NCBI GenBank assembly: GCA_963744145.1
Contig: CAVUSO010000001.1
Coordinates: forward strand, 2,400,001-2,464,000
Direction of reading: 5' to 3'
DNA length: 64,000 bases
DNA from: an uncultured cyanobacterium
Lineage (GTDB): Bacteria; Cyanobacteriota; Cyanobacteriia; Cyanobacteriales; CAWUOF01
Shown here: piece by piece, positions 51,014-60,467 of the stretch
Layout of the letters: each line of letters starts with the position of its first letter
Position numbering within the stretch: the first letter of the stretch is position 1
The notes under the pieces: model-generated
Databases searched by the model: none
What the model was told of the DNA's origin: nothing
The model's input: only the letters and a program-made list of their open reading frames with translations
Made by a program: the position numbers and the translations under genes

Positions 51014-51135
51014 GATCGGCGGGCATCCTGGCTAGGTGTGATGATCAGTCACGTCTTTACAGTTGCGGGACAGCGGCAGATTTACACTGCTCTTTCCCCC
51101 TTACCTCTAGTAGTTGTTCTCCACTAGAACCGATC
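51014..51135 (-). ncRNA. Cobalamin riboswitch
   Basis: Minus strand ggttctagtgg...ggggaaag...gtgtaaat...ctgtcccgcaactgt...agccaggatgcccgcc, upstream of cbiM. Confidence 0.92.
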
Positions 51136-51372
51136 AAGCATATTTTGAGCATATCACACCGATTCCATTATTAACAGCACTAGAGTTAAGATCGCCAGTT
51201 TTAATGGAATTGAGCGATTGAATGGTAATTGTTCCCCCATTACTTGAACTGCGGTGATCGGGATTGTGACTAAAATGAATAATGAATCAATAATGAAATC
51301 TAAAAAAACTAAAATTTAGCAGTGATTACCTATTGCATTGATGAAAGATTTAGATTAAGATAAATCAGACAT

Positions 51373-51484
51373 TGAAAGGGAGTAGCTGCTAGCAGAGAAA
51401 ATGCTAGTACATCTGAATCAACATACTGGTATTTTACCTGGTTCAGATGACAAGTTTTCGTCAAACTTGGGAGCGAGACTTTCA
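51373..51484 (+). ncRNA. yybP-ykoY (Mn2+) riboswitch
   Basis: tgaaagGGGAGTAGc...AATCAACATAct...GCGAGActttca, upstream of a GDT1 gene. Confidence 0.85.
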
Positions 51485-51573
51485 CTAAGTTCGTAAACAT
51501 GATACGAGCTTGGTGAGGTTTCGTCAATCTCATCAAGCTCTATTAGCAAGATATCAAAGGGGAGTTTGATGAG

Positions 51574-52200
51574 ATGTTAGCTGCTTTTACCGCTTCTTTA
51601 TTATTAATAACTATTTCCGAATTAGGTGATAAAACTTTTTTTATTGCTGTAATTCTCGCCATGCGTAATTCGCGACGTTTGGTATTTCTTGCTGTAATTG
51701 CTGCTTTAGTAGCGATGACATTGTTATCAGTAGGAATGGGACAATTTCTCGCTTTAATGCCCAAAATTTATATCCATTGGGGAGAAGTAAGTTTGTTTTT
51801 GGGTTTTGGGCTAAAACTACTTTATGATGCTAGTAAAATGTCTGACTCAACTGGAGCAGTAGGAGAAAAAGAAGCAGAAATCATGGTAGAGGAATGTGAT
51901 CAAGAAAAAAATCAGTTCTGGTTACAATTTCCCCAGGTTGGTTTTTTATGTCAAGCATTTTTGATGACTTTTATTGCGGAATGGGGCGATCGGACTCAAA
52001 TTAGTACCGTTGCACTAGCTGCTAGTTATGAACCTATTAGTGTGATCAGTGGTTCAATTTTAGGACATAGCATTTGTACTGCGATCGCTGTGATTGGTGG
52101 ACGTTTAATTGCTGGACATATTTCGGAACGCATCGTCACTGCGGTGGGTGGTTTCTTGTTCTTGATTTTTGGTATAGTTACTCTAGTTCAAAACAATTAA
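51574..52200 (+). CDS. TMEM165/GDT1 (UPF0016) family Mn exporter
   Basis: Two E-x-G-D-(K/R)-T motifs (ELGDKT, EWGDRT). Confidence 0.93.
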   Translation: MLAAFTASLLLITISELGDKTFFIAVILAMRNSRRLVFLAVIAALVAMTLLSVGMGQFLALMPKIYIHWGEVSLFLGFGLKLLYDASKMSDSTGAVGEKEAEIMVEECDQEKNQFWLQFPQVGFLCQAFLMTFIAEWGDRTQISTVALAASYEPISVISGSILGHSICTAIAVIGGRLIAGHISERIVTAVGGFLFLIFGIVTLVQNN

Positions 52201-52293
52201 AACCTGAGCATTATCCTTCCGGTATCGTAGGAATACAGGAAGGATAGGAGAGCGATTCGGTATAAATATAATCACAAAAATTTGTGGTAAATC

Positions 52294-53340
52294 TTAAAAA
52301 CTGCCAAACATTTCTGCTAACATTTCTTCCATCATTTTTTGGTGCATTTCACGGAGAACAGGTGGACCTTTAAGAAATTCTTTAATCGTCATTTTCTGTT
52401 CTCGAAACTCCTGAATAAAATCACGAATCTCGCTCGCAAACTTCACTTTAGCTTCCAGTTCTTTATCAATCTCTGCTAGGATATCAATTCCTAGTTTAGA
52501 TGCTTTACGAGCATCAGCAACTAATGCACCTTCTGGGGTATTTTTCACCAGTCTTAATTCCCGTTTCAGGTTCTCTGATTGAGTTTTTAAGATGGCATTT
52601 TGCTCTTCTAAGCGATTACATTGTCTGGCTAAATCATCTTCATTATTATGATCGATAGATTCTCCTAAATTATGTTTACGTTCAATTTCTAATAATTTGG
52701 CTATATCTCCTTCTTGATAAGCTTTATTAATTTCTTTCATAATCTCAGTATGACGCATCTGAGTTTCACTATCGGTTACGCGATCGGGGTGAAAAATTTC
52801 CGCTAATTTGAGAAATGTCTGACGAACTTTTCGTGATGACTCACTTTTACCCACAGCCTCATATTCATTTTCCGGTCTGTCTCGATGATAATAATATCCC
52901 TGTTTCTGCTGTTGATCATAAAACTCTTTTTCCCCTTCTTCATCTTCAAACAGTTGATCTAATTCCGGATCTTCATCCGGATCTTCATCTGGTTCACTAA
53001 TCACCTCGATTAACTGGAGATTGCGATAAACTGATTCAATATTTTTTTGGGTTTGTTTACCAAACTTTCTGGTTGCAAAAATTTCCTTGAATAAATTATG
53101 GATTTCTCGGTCGATCGCTGCCATTTTTTCCATACTAGGAGCAGCTCGATGAAACATTTGTGTCGCTAAAGAACGCAGCTGGGAAACAAAATTATCGAGT
53201 TCTGTTTGTTTCTTTTTAATCTGTTTGATCAGAGTGTTATGTTCTTTTTCTAGCGCTGCTAAACGGAGATGAAGCTCAGAAAGAGCTAGGGGTTGTGTTG
53301 AAGCAGCTTTCGGGACAGGTGGGACTCGACGACGGGGCAT
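52294..53340 (-). CDS. J-domain-containing coiled-coil protein
   Basis: KLAEIFHPD...MKEINKAY within coiled coils. Confidence 0.82.
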   Translation of the reverse strand: MPRRRVPPVPKAASTQPLALSELHLRLAALEKEHNTLIKQIKKKQTELDNFVSQLRSLATQMFHRAAPSMEKMAAIDREIHNLFKEIFATRKFGKQTQKNIESVYRNLQLIEVISEPDEDPDEDPELDQLFEDEEGEKEFYDQQQKQGYYYHRDRPENEYEAVGKSESSRKVRQTFLKLAEIFHPDRVTDSETQMRHTEIMKEINKAYQEGDIAKLLEIERKHNLGESIDHNNEDDLARQCNRLEEQNAILKTQSENLKRELRLVKNTPEGALVADARKASKLGIDILAEIDKELEAKVKFASEIRDFIQEFREQKMTIKEFLKGPPVLREMHQKMMEEMLAEMFGSF

Positions 53341-53467
53341 AATCAAAAATCAGTAGTTTTTAGGTGAAAAGTGGTCAAAATTTTAGCTAATCTCATGACT
53401 TTGCGTGATTATACCATAATTAGCTTGCCAAAACACAACTTATCTAGGAGCATCTAGTAACTGTTTG

Positions 53468-53605
53468 ATACCAATTTAATGTGAAGTTGCACAAATTTAG
53501 AATCCCCCTAAATCCCCCTGAAAAAGGGGGACTTTTAATTCTGGCTCCCCCTTTTTCAGGGGGTTGGGGGGATCAATTCTATGCAGATTCATCAAAAATT
53601 GGTAT
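53468..53605. mobile_element. MITE with IS630-like ataccaatt termini and an internal G/C-run palindrome
   Basis: ataccaatttaatgtgaagttgcaca / tatgcagattcatcaaaaattggtat; cccccta...ggggg hairpins inside. Confidence 0.7.
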
Positions 53606-53631
53606 GAGCCAACAGCTATTAAGTGATCTGA

Positions 53632-55482
53632 TCACAACTTTGGTTGAATGGGAATTTCAATGATAAATTGAGCCCCTGTACCAGGTTGAGAAATACATTC
53701 TAATTTTCCACCATGTTTTTCGACAATAATTTGATAACTGGTTGCTAATCCTAATCCCTTTCCCTGTCCGACTTCTTTAGTCGTAAAAAAAGGATCAAAT
53801 AAACGGTGCTTAATATTCTCCTGAATTCCTGGTCCATTATCAGTAATAATGATTCTGACTTGTTCCTCTGCTATCACTTCCGTACTAATTGAAATAGTGG
53901 GTTTTTGGCGATCGCCTATTTCTATTTTTTCCTCCAAAGCATCGATCGCATTATTCAGGATGTGCATAAATACTTGGTTTAAATGTCCCGGATAACATTG
54001 GACTGTCGGCAAATTTCCATATTCTTTATTAATGGTAATTTCCCCTCGTTCAGGTTGTGCTTTCAGTCGATGTTTTAATAAAACTAAAGTGCTTTCAATC
54101 CCAGCATGAATATCGACTTCCTTATATTCGGATTCATTGAAACGGGCAAAATTACTGAGCGATCGCACTATTTCGCTAATCCGTTCTGCTCCCACCTGCA
54201 TTGAATCTAGCATTTTTGGCAAATCTTGCTTGATAAAATCCAGATTAATATTTTCTAATTCTGCTTGAATATCTGGTCCTGGTTCCGGATAATATTTACC
54301 GTATAGTTGCAATAAATGAAGCATTTCTTGCAAATATTGACTAGCATATTTAATATTACCATAAATAAAACTGACTGGGTTATTAATTTCGTGAGCAACC
54401 CCAGCTACTACCTGTCCTAGACTGGACATTTTTTCCGTTTGAATTAATTGGGTTTGGGTAGTTTTTAAATCTCGCAAAGCTTGAGTTAGCTTTTGATTTT
54501 TTAATCGTAAAGCTTCTTCGGCTGCTTTGGCACGAGTAATATCATTATTAATTTCTAAAATTGCACAGGGATTTCCCATTTCATCTCGTTGGAGTGTCCA
54601 ACGACTAGCAACGGTAATTCTGGTTCCGTCTCGTTTACTATGAATCAGTTCTCCAGTCCAATAACCATTCTGCGTTAATAGCGCTTTTATTTCCTCGATT
54701 GGTTGCAAAAATTCTGTTTGTAAAAAAGTATGTACATATTGATCAAGAGCTTCAGCTCGATGCCAATCATAAAGCCTTTCTGCACCACTATTCCAGTAAG
54801 TAATCCTGTAGTTAAGATCCAAAATCATAATCGTATCATTAGCCAGATCCAACATTTGCGCGTGTTTGCGTAATGTCTTTTCTGCTTGAGTGCGATCGCG
54901 AATCTCCTGGAGTAATGTATCATTTAGATATTTTAGTTCAGTCGAACGTTTTTCAAACTGCTTTTCTAACTGATCATAAGCTTTGTGTAAAGCTGCTTCT
55001 GAGAGTTGACAATAACTGAGAAATTCTGAGAAAATCATCAACCCACCCACCTCACCAACACTGTTGTACCATGGCTTAATTTCTCCTTTGACTAAATAAG
55101 TGTTACCATTAAAACATCTGAGTAGCTCAATTTCCCAAGTTTGGATTTCTCCTGTCAACCCCAGGGTCATAATTTTTTCCCACTGTTCCTTTAAATCGGG
55201 AAATAATTCATCATGAGATCGACCAATTACATCTTCCCAGGAAAGTTGATAATCCAACAACCACCGCGGACTTACCACCAAATAACGGAACTGTCGATTC
55301 AACATTGCTACTGGTGCAGAAATTGATTCGACAAACTGACATAATTGCGTTTCCCATAATTCTGCTATCATTGATAATGAAGGCATATAGCTATAGCTTG
55401 CTCCTGTTGTGATTGGAGTTTGGACTTGTGGCGGTTGGGCGATCGCTAGCACTGGTGATGACAGGGAAAAATGTCTCTGCAT
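53632..55482 (-). CDS. PAS-domain sensor histidine kinase
   Basis: Two PAS domains, AHEINNP H-box, NAIDA, DNGPG and FDPFFTTK. Confidence 0.93.
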   Translation of the reverse strand: MQRHFSLSSPVLAIAQPPQVQTPITTGASYSYMPSLSMIAELWETQLCQFVESISAPVAMLNRQFRYLVVSPRWLLDYQLSWEDVIGRSHDELFPDLKEQWEKIMTLGLTGEIQTWEIELLRCFNGNTYLVKGEIKPWYNSVGEVGGLMIFSEFLSYCQLSEAALHKAYDQLEKQFEKRSTELKYLNDTLLQEIRDRTQAEKTLRKHAQMLDLANDTIMILDLNYRITYWNSGAERLYDWHRAEALDQYVHTFLQTEFLQPIEEIKALLTQNGYWTGELIHSKRDGTRITVASRWTLQRDEMGNPCAILEINNDITRAKAAEEALRLKNQKLTQALRDLKTTQTQLIQTEKMSSLGQVVAGVAHEINNPVSFIYGNIKYASQYLQEMLHLLQLYGKYYPEPGPDIQAELENINLDFIKQDLPKMLDSMQVGAERISEIVRSLSNFARFNESEYKEVDIHAGIESTLVLLKHRLKAQPERGEITINKEYGNLPTVQCYPGHLNQVFMHILNNAIDALEEKIEIGDRQKPTISISTEVIAEEQVRIIITDNGPGIQENIKHRLFDPFFTTKEVGQGKGLGLATSYQIIVEKHGGKLECISQPGTGAQFIIEIPIQPKL

Positions 55483-55630
55483 AAATTAAAAAAAGAAATT
55501 ATTAAATAATTATAAAATCAATTTTTCTTAATGACTATGCTGGTGAGATTTTATTTATTTATTAAATAGATAAATTGGCTGAAGTTATTTATCCGTATTT
55601 TTACGATCATGTTTAAGCTCACCAACTAAA

Positions 55631-57070
55631 TTAGATGAGTAGATCACTTAACTTGGGGCCAAGGAATCTGGCGATCGGCCCCAAATAGTTGGCCACAGCC
55701 GCTGCCCCATCACGATTGAGATGACTAGGATCAGCAAAAAATTCATTACGAGCTAGATCAGGGAAATTAAGATCGCGGAACAGAAACCCTTTTACCTGGG
55801 ATTGGTGCTGCATATATTCACGAAATTGTTGTTCGTAGCGATCGCGTACTGGATCTAAATATTCCTTAGTCAAGGGTAAATTGACAAAAACTAAAGGGAT
55901 GTGATGTTCTCTAGTAAAAGTAACCAGAGATGTTAAAGCAGTTTCTTGTTTACCACCGAGAGAAAAAGCAGCATAATCTCGATCATAACGCCCAGGAACT
56001 TTAGCATAGTAGTGAAAATAAGTATCAGGATTAAACCGATTGTTGACCGACATAAATCCATTGCCATCGATCGCATTAGCAGCATCAGAAAAAGCGTGCA
56101 AAACTAAGGATGGATTAGCCGTAATCTGGGAGACCAGGAACTCACCAAATAGCCATTTAGAATTAAGAAGTTTCTGCTTTAATTTGGGAATATTAGTAAT
56201 ATTTGTCGGCTGAATACTTTGTCGATATAAAGTAGTACAAGCATCTTGATGGAGATTTTCATTTGGTAGAACTGGACGCACTCCTGCTAATAAGCGTTGA
56301 TAACCAGGAGAATTCGCGATCGCGCTAAAAGTTCGATCTACCCTACCATTATTAAAAGCACGGGAACCATCAGCCCAGACAATCAATTTTGGTAACTGTG
56401 CGGGAGTTAAAAGTTGTCTAATCAGAAAGTCTACCACCTGAGCAGTAGCACCATTTATCCCAAAATTAAAAATTTTCAAGTCCCCATTTCCTTGAACTGT
56501 CAAAGTTTGATGTAAATATTGAGGATTAACTCCTTGTAATCCCCGGGAACTACCAACAATCAGCACATCTGGCGGTCCCATAGCAGCTAGGTAAGATAAA
56601 TAAAGAACCACTTGCTCATCGAGTAACTCACTATCAAAAGAAGGCAAAAAAAACTGAGTCCGAGTCACATTAGCTTTTTGTTGAGCGATGGTGAGGTAAT
56701 TCATATATTCCATCACTTTTTTTTGAGCAAAAATGCGTTGGGGACTAACGGTAGGAATCGATTGCAGTTTTTCAATTAATTGCAACCAACCGATCGCGAT
56801 CCGATTCCAATCTTCCTGGGATTTAGCTGTTTGAGTCATAATTGCTAAATTTAGACCTTGATCTAATTTTTCAGACAATCCCTCTTCAGAAGATCCACAT
56901 TGAACAGACTTTCCGGAACCAAAGAGCGAACTGGTTTTGACTAAGGTTTCAGTTTGCCTATTGCTCGAGCTACTTGGCTGCCATGATCTGATCTCTGAAC
57001 AACCAGTAGCTAGAGAAATAATGAACAGCGCGATCGCGATCGGAGGAGATACTAAACCTGATCTAGACAT
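55631..57070 (-). CDS. SGNH-like (DUF1574-type) lipoprotein
   Basis: ATGC lipobox, VGSSR, FNFGING and FADPSHLN; start uncertain. Confidence 0.7.
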   Translation of the reverse strand: MSRSGLVSPPIAIALFIISLATGCSEIRSWQPSSSSNRQTETLVKTSSLFGSGKSVQCGSSEEGLSEKLDQGLNLAIMTQTAKSQEDWNRIAIGWLQLIEKLQSIPTVSPQRIFAQKKVMEYMNYLTIAQQKANVTRTQFFLPSFDSELLDEQVVLYLSYLAAMGPPDVLIVGSSRGLQGVNPQYLHQTLTVQGNGDLKIFNFGINGATAQVVDFLIRQLLTPAQLPKLIVWADGSRAFNNGRVDRTFSAIANSPGYQRLLAGVRPVLPNENLHQDACTTLYRQSIQPTNITNIPKLKQKLLNSKWLFGEFLVSQITANPSLVLHAFSDAANAIDGNGFMSVNNRFNPDTYFHYYAKVPGRYDRDYAAFSLGGKQETALTSLVTFTREHHIPLVFVNLPLTKEYLDPVRDRYEQQFREYMQHQSQVKGFLFRDLNFPDLARNEFFADPSHLNRDGAAAVANYLGPIARFLGPKLSDLLI

Positions 57071-57080
57071 AAAAATTTGA

Positions 57081-57545
57081 TCAATTTGGTGAAATCGGAC
57101 GTAATCGTGATACCTTAAGAGTGAATTTACCAACACCAGTTTCACCAAAAGCTCGGACACGAACTATATAAGTACCAGTCTTGATAATCCGAGCAAATAA
57201 CAAAGAATTAGTTGTGCCATCTGGACCATCATCATTTTCACCAACGGTCGAGCCATCACTAGCAATCAGGGTCACCATCGTATCAAAGTTGTCAGAAGTT
57301 AAATCGATCGCTACTTGGTCTCCTGCTTCTAACTCAACCGAGTAGTCTCGGGCAAAACCACCTTGACCCGTCGGAATATCTTTGTCCGACAGAGTATCCG
57401 TGATCTGATTAGTAGATGGTAAGGGAATCGGTTTATATAACTGAACTTGAGCATTAGCGATCGCTGGGAACAGACTAAACGCTAACCAAGTAATCGGAAT
57501 AAAAAGCGCCAAAGCCACTTTAGTTTTAAACAAGTGAGTCATCAA
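57081..57545 (-). CDS. Secreted PPC (pre-peptidase C-terminal) domain protein
   Basis: Signal ANA-Q; FDT..TL...ENDDG...GTY.VRV. Confidence 0.85.
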   Translation of the reverse strand: MMTHLFKTKVALALFIPITWLAFSLFPAIANAQVQLYKPIPLPSTNQITDTLSDKDIPTGQGGFARDYSVELEAGDQVAIDLTSDNFDTMVTLIASDGSTVGENDDGPDGTTNSLLFARIIKTGTYIVRVRAFGETGVGKFTLKVSRLRPISPN

Positions 57546-57787
57546 AATATGGATATTCCCATGAATGAGGATAATTGATCAATTCTGCCATAATGATCGA
57601 GAATTAATTAGCCGTTAACATTTAACCAATTTTTTGGCTACTTGTGTCAACCTGGTCAGAGATTGGCTATTAATGATCAGGTCTAACGTCCCAATATGAT
57701 TCAAATCATAATTTAAACTAATATCTAGACCAAAGGGAAGGTTTTTCCCTCAATGAGAGTAATTAGTTGGGAGCGATCGGGTATATT

Positions 57788-57903
57788 GACCTCTCCCCCA
57801 GCCCCTCTCCTAAAAGGAAAGGGGAGCAAGAATGATCTTTCTCCCCCTTCCCCCCTAGGAAAGGGGGTTAGGGGGTTAGGTGTGACCGTGAGCGTAGTCG
57901 AAC
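57788..57903. repeat. REP-like G/C-run palindromes plus an SDR-like unit
   Basis: cctctcccccagcccctctcc...ggggttagggggttagg; gtgagcgtagtcgaac. Confidence 0.6.
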
Positions 57904-57927
57904 GGTTTTTCCGTTGATGATGGGATG

Positions 57928-58002
57928 ATCCCAATTTCCGCTCATTAGCATTACAGATAACTTATATAGACTATCTGTAGTCATAATTATCAGAATTGGT
58001 AT
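57928..58002. mobile_element. 75-bp minimal IS630-derived MITE
   Basis: Right end ctatctgtagtc-N9-agaattggtatta matches the IS630 right TIR with identical spacing; degenerate left TIR atcccaattt...tacagata. Confidence 0.65.
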
Positions 58003-58153
58003 TAAACTAGATTTTTACCTTTCTTGTCGCAGACTCCAGTGATCAGAAAATTAATTATTTTTTAAGTTTTCGCCTATAATAAACATAACTTAGTCATATA
58101 ATATTGTTAAACGACTAATTTTTAACAGATAAAAGTGGATAATTTTACTAAAA

Positions 58154-59572
58154 ATGATAGACATTGACTGGGGTTCAATACTTGATTCAATTCCACCAAA
58201 TTCTGAAGAAGCAATAGTTTCAGAAAAATTTGTCAGACCTCTGATAGAATCACTTGGATTTAGTAGTGAAGAATGGCGGCCCCAATTTCAAACAGATGCT
58301 GGTCCTGTAGATTTTGCTGCCCGCAAAAACGATGGTGATAATTATTTTTTAAACTCTAAGGAAAACCCTGATTTATTGATCGAAGTAAAGGGGCAAGCTA
58401 GGACAAATAAAACTGGGATAATTTCTAAGATTAATCTGGCTGAAAATACTCCACAATATAAAGAGGCAAAAGATCAAATTAAAAGATATTTGCTTGCACC
58501 TAAATGTAAAAAAGCTCAATGGGGGATTATAACTAATTCAATTCATATCCAACTGTTTCGACGACATGGTAATGTGGTTATTCCTGCCACCCCTAGTGAA
58601 TTAATTAAAAAAGATAATATAATTCAAATTATTACTAAAATAAAAAACCTTATTGATCATCCTCCTCAAGCTTTAACAATTTGTTTATATAATGATAAAG
58701 GAGGAGTAGGAAAAACCACTACAACCATAAATCTTGCATCAATATTACGAACATTTAAAAAAAATGTCCTAGTAGTTGATTTTGATGGACAGCAAAGAGA
58801 TTTAACTGATTCCCTTGATTTAAAAGAGTCTGCTGTAACCCTTTCTGAGTGTTTAATTAATGAAAAAATAGATACTCATAAAGCAATTCAACCATTTATT
58901 TGGAAGGATAAAAAAGGACGGAAGTTTAAAATTTTTGATGTGATCCCATCTGATCGTGATCTAGTAAACTTTACAGACCAAAATAAACTAGCTCAAGTAG
59001 AAGAACAATCCGCAAGATTAAAAAACTTACTGAAAACCTTTCTTAATGAATACGACTATATCTTGATCGATAGTCCACCGGGATGGACTTTTTTTAGTCA
59101 AAGCTGTGTATTTGCGGCTGATGTAGTCCTAATACCGACAAAACATGATAATTTCAGCTCTCTCAAAAATGCAGCTAAAGTGATTAAAGAACTTATACCT
59201 GAAGTCCAAAAAGAAAGACTTAAAATATATGGTGAACCTTTACCAGTACCTTTACCAATCTTTTTTAATGAACATGATGTCAGTTCTGCTTCAATTGCAA
59301 GAACACATCATGAAATTAAACAATTAATTACAATTAAAGAAGAGAAAGGAAAAAAAGGAGAGAAAATAGAAAAACTTATTGATGATCCAGATTTACGTCC
59401 TTACTACTACCCAAAAGATAAAAACGGAGATTATGATAGATATATATTCTCTATTCCTGCATATAAAGTAGTAGCGAGTTCTGCATTTATTAGATCACCT
59501 GCGGTTCTAATAAATCAAAATGCTCGTAAATGTTATGAAGAATTAGCTAAGGAGTATTTTTTATATGAGTAA
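58154..59572 (+). CDS. HsdR-N-like PD-(D/E)XK nuclease fused to a ParA/Soj ATPase
   Basis: EE...VDF...IEVK...QIKRY...GIITN N-terminus; KGGVGKT, DFDGQ and LIDSPP ParA motifs. Confidence 0.85.
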   Translation: MIDIDWGSILDSIPPNSEEAIVSEKFVRPLIESLGFSSEEWRPQFQTDAGPVDFAARKNDGDNYFLNSKENPDLLIEVKGQARTNKTGIISKINLAENTPQYKEAKDQIKRYLLAPKCKKAQWGIITNSIHIQLFRRHGNVVIPATPSELIKKDNIIQIITKIKNLIDHPPQALTICLYNDKGGVGKTTTTINLASILRTFKKNVLVVDFDGQQRDLTDSLDLKESAVTLSECLINEKIDTHKAIQPFIWKDKKGRKFKIFDVIPSDRDLVNFTDQNKLAQVEEQSARLKNLLKTFLNEYDYILIDSPPGWTFFSQSCVFAADVVLIPTKHDNFSSLKNAAKVIKELIPEVQKERLKIYGEPLPVPLPIFFNEHDVSSASIARTHHEIKQLITIKEEKGKKGEKIEKLIDDPDLRPYYYPKDKNGDYDRYIFSIPAYKVVASSAFIRSPAVLINQNARKCYEELAKEYFLYE

Positions 59573-60395
59573 ATTTGATAATATCGGTCAATTAATGTAT
59601 TTGCAACTGGAAAAGATTGATCCTGGAATTGAGCCTAAATCTCATGGTGAAGTTAGAATTACTGAATCTGAATTCATCTTGGAAGCAGCGATCGAATCTG
59701 TCAAGCAAGCTGAAGGTCATAACTGGATTCCTCTGATCGTTCAACAAATTGAAAATAGGTATCAACTTGTCTGCAATCAGTTTGTCTATACTGTAATGCT
59801 GAGAGCCAACTTTGAGAGAGCTTGGTGTATTGTAATCGACCCAGATCAGAAAAATATTGAACAAGCTAAAATTCTCTCAAAAGAAACCGTTCCCAAGGTA
59901 AATCTTTGTACTGCATCTAAAAAAACTATTGAATTAGGTCTAAAGTTTTTACGTGATGAACCTGCAAGTCCATTAAAAGATCTAAAAGATATTGATGTGA
60001 TTAAGATAGCTAATAGTATGATGCAGGCAAATCGAAAAACTTGGGAAAATTTTACTCCGATTATTGCGTTGAAATGTGGAATTGCTAAAGGTAAAAAGTT
60101 AGATGCTTTAGCTAAAGTATTCTATATTGATCCACCGGAAAAAATCATTATCCCACCAGCTCCATTGGTTTTAAGTATTAAAAAAGCTTCTTATGATGAA
60201 GTGGTGGAAAGGATTAGTTATTTATCAACTTATAAAATTGGTGGTTTTGATCAAGTTGATGTTGAAAAAGTATCTGAGGCAATATTCACAGCTACTAAGA
60301 GTAAGTGGAAATCGTTAAACCCGATCGCCAAGCTTGATTGTGGGATTGAAACTGCTGCACAAATAAAAATCCTCAAGAGCGTCTTTACACTTTGA
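59565..60395 (+). CDS. ParB/Srx-like N-domain with two helix-hairpin-helix-like repeats
   Basis: NWIPLIV...YQLVCNQF.Y...AWCIV domain; repeats KVNLCTAS...CGI and LSIKKAS...CGI; overlaps the ParA stop. Confidence 0.6.
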   Translation: MSKFDNIGQLMYLQLEKIDPGIEPKSHGEVRITESEFILEAAIESVKQAEGHNWIPLIVQQIENRYQLVCNQFVYTVMLRANFERAWCIVIDPDQKNIEQAKILSKETVPKVNLCTASKKTIELGLKFLRDEPASPLKDLKDIDVIKIANSMMQANRKTWENFTPIIALKCGIAKGKKLDALAKVFYIDPPEKIIIPPAPLVLSIKKASYDEVVERISYLSTYKIGGFDQVDVEKVSEAIFTATKSKWKSLNPIAKLDCGIETAAQIKILKSVFTL

Positions 60396-60467
60396 TGGCG
60401 ATCGCTAGCGTGATTTTAGCGATCAAATTGCGATCGCCCCAAAATTACTGATTTTAGACCAGATGAA

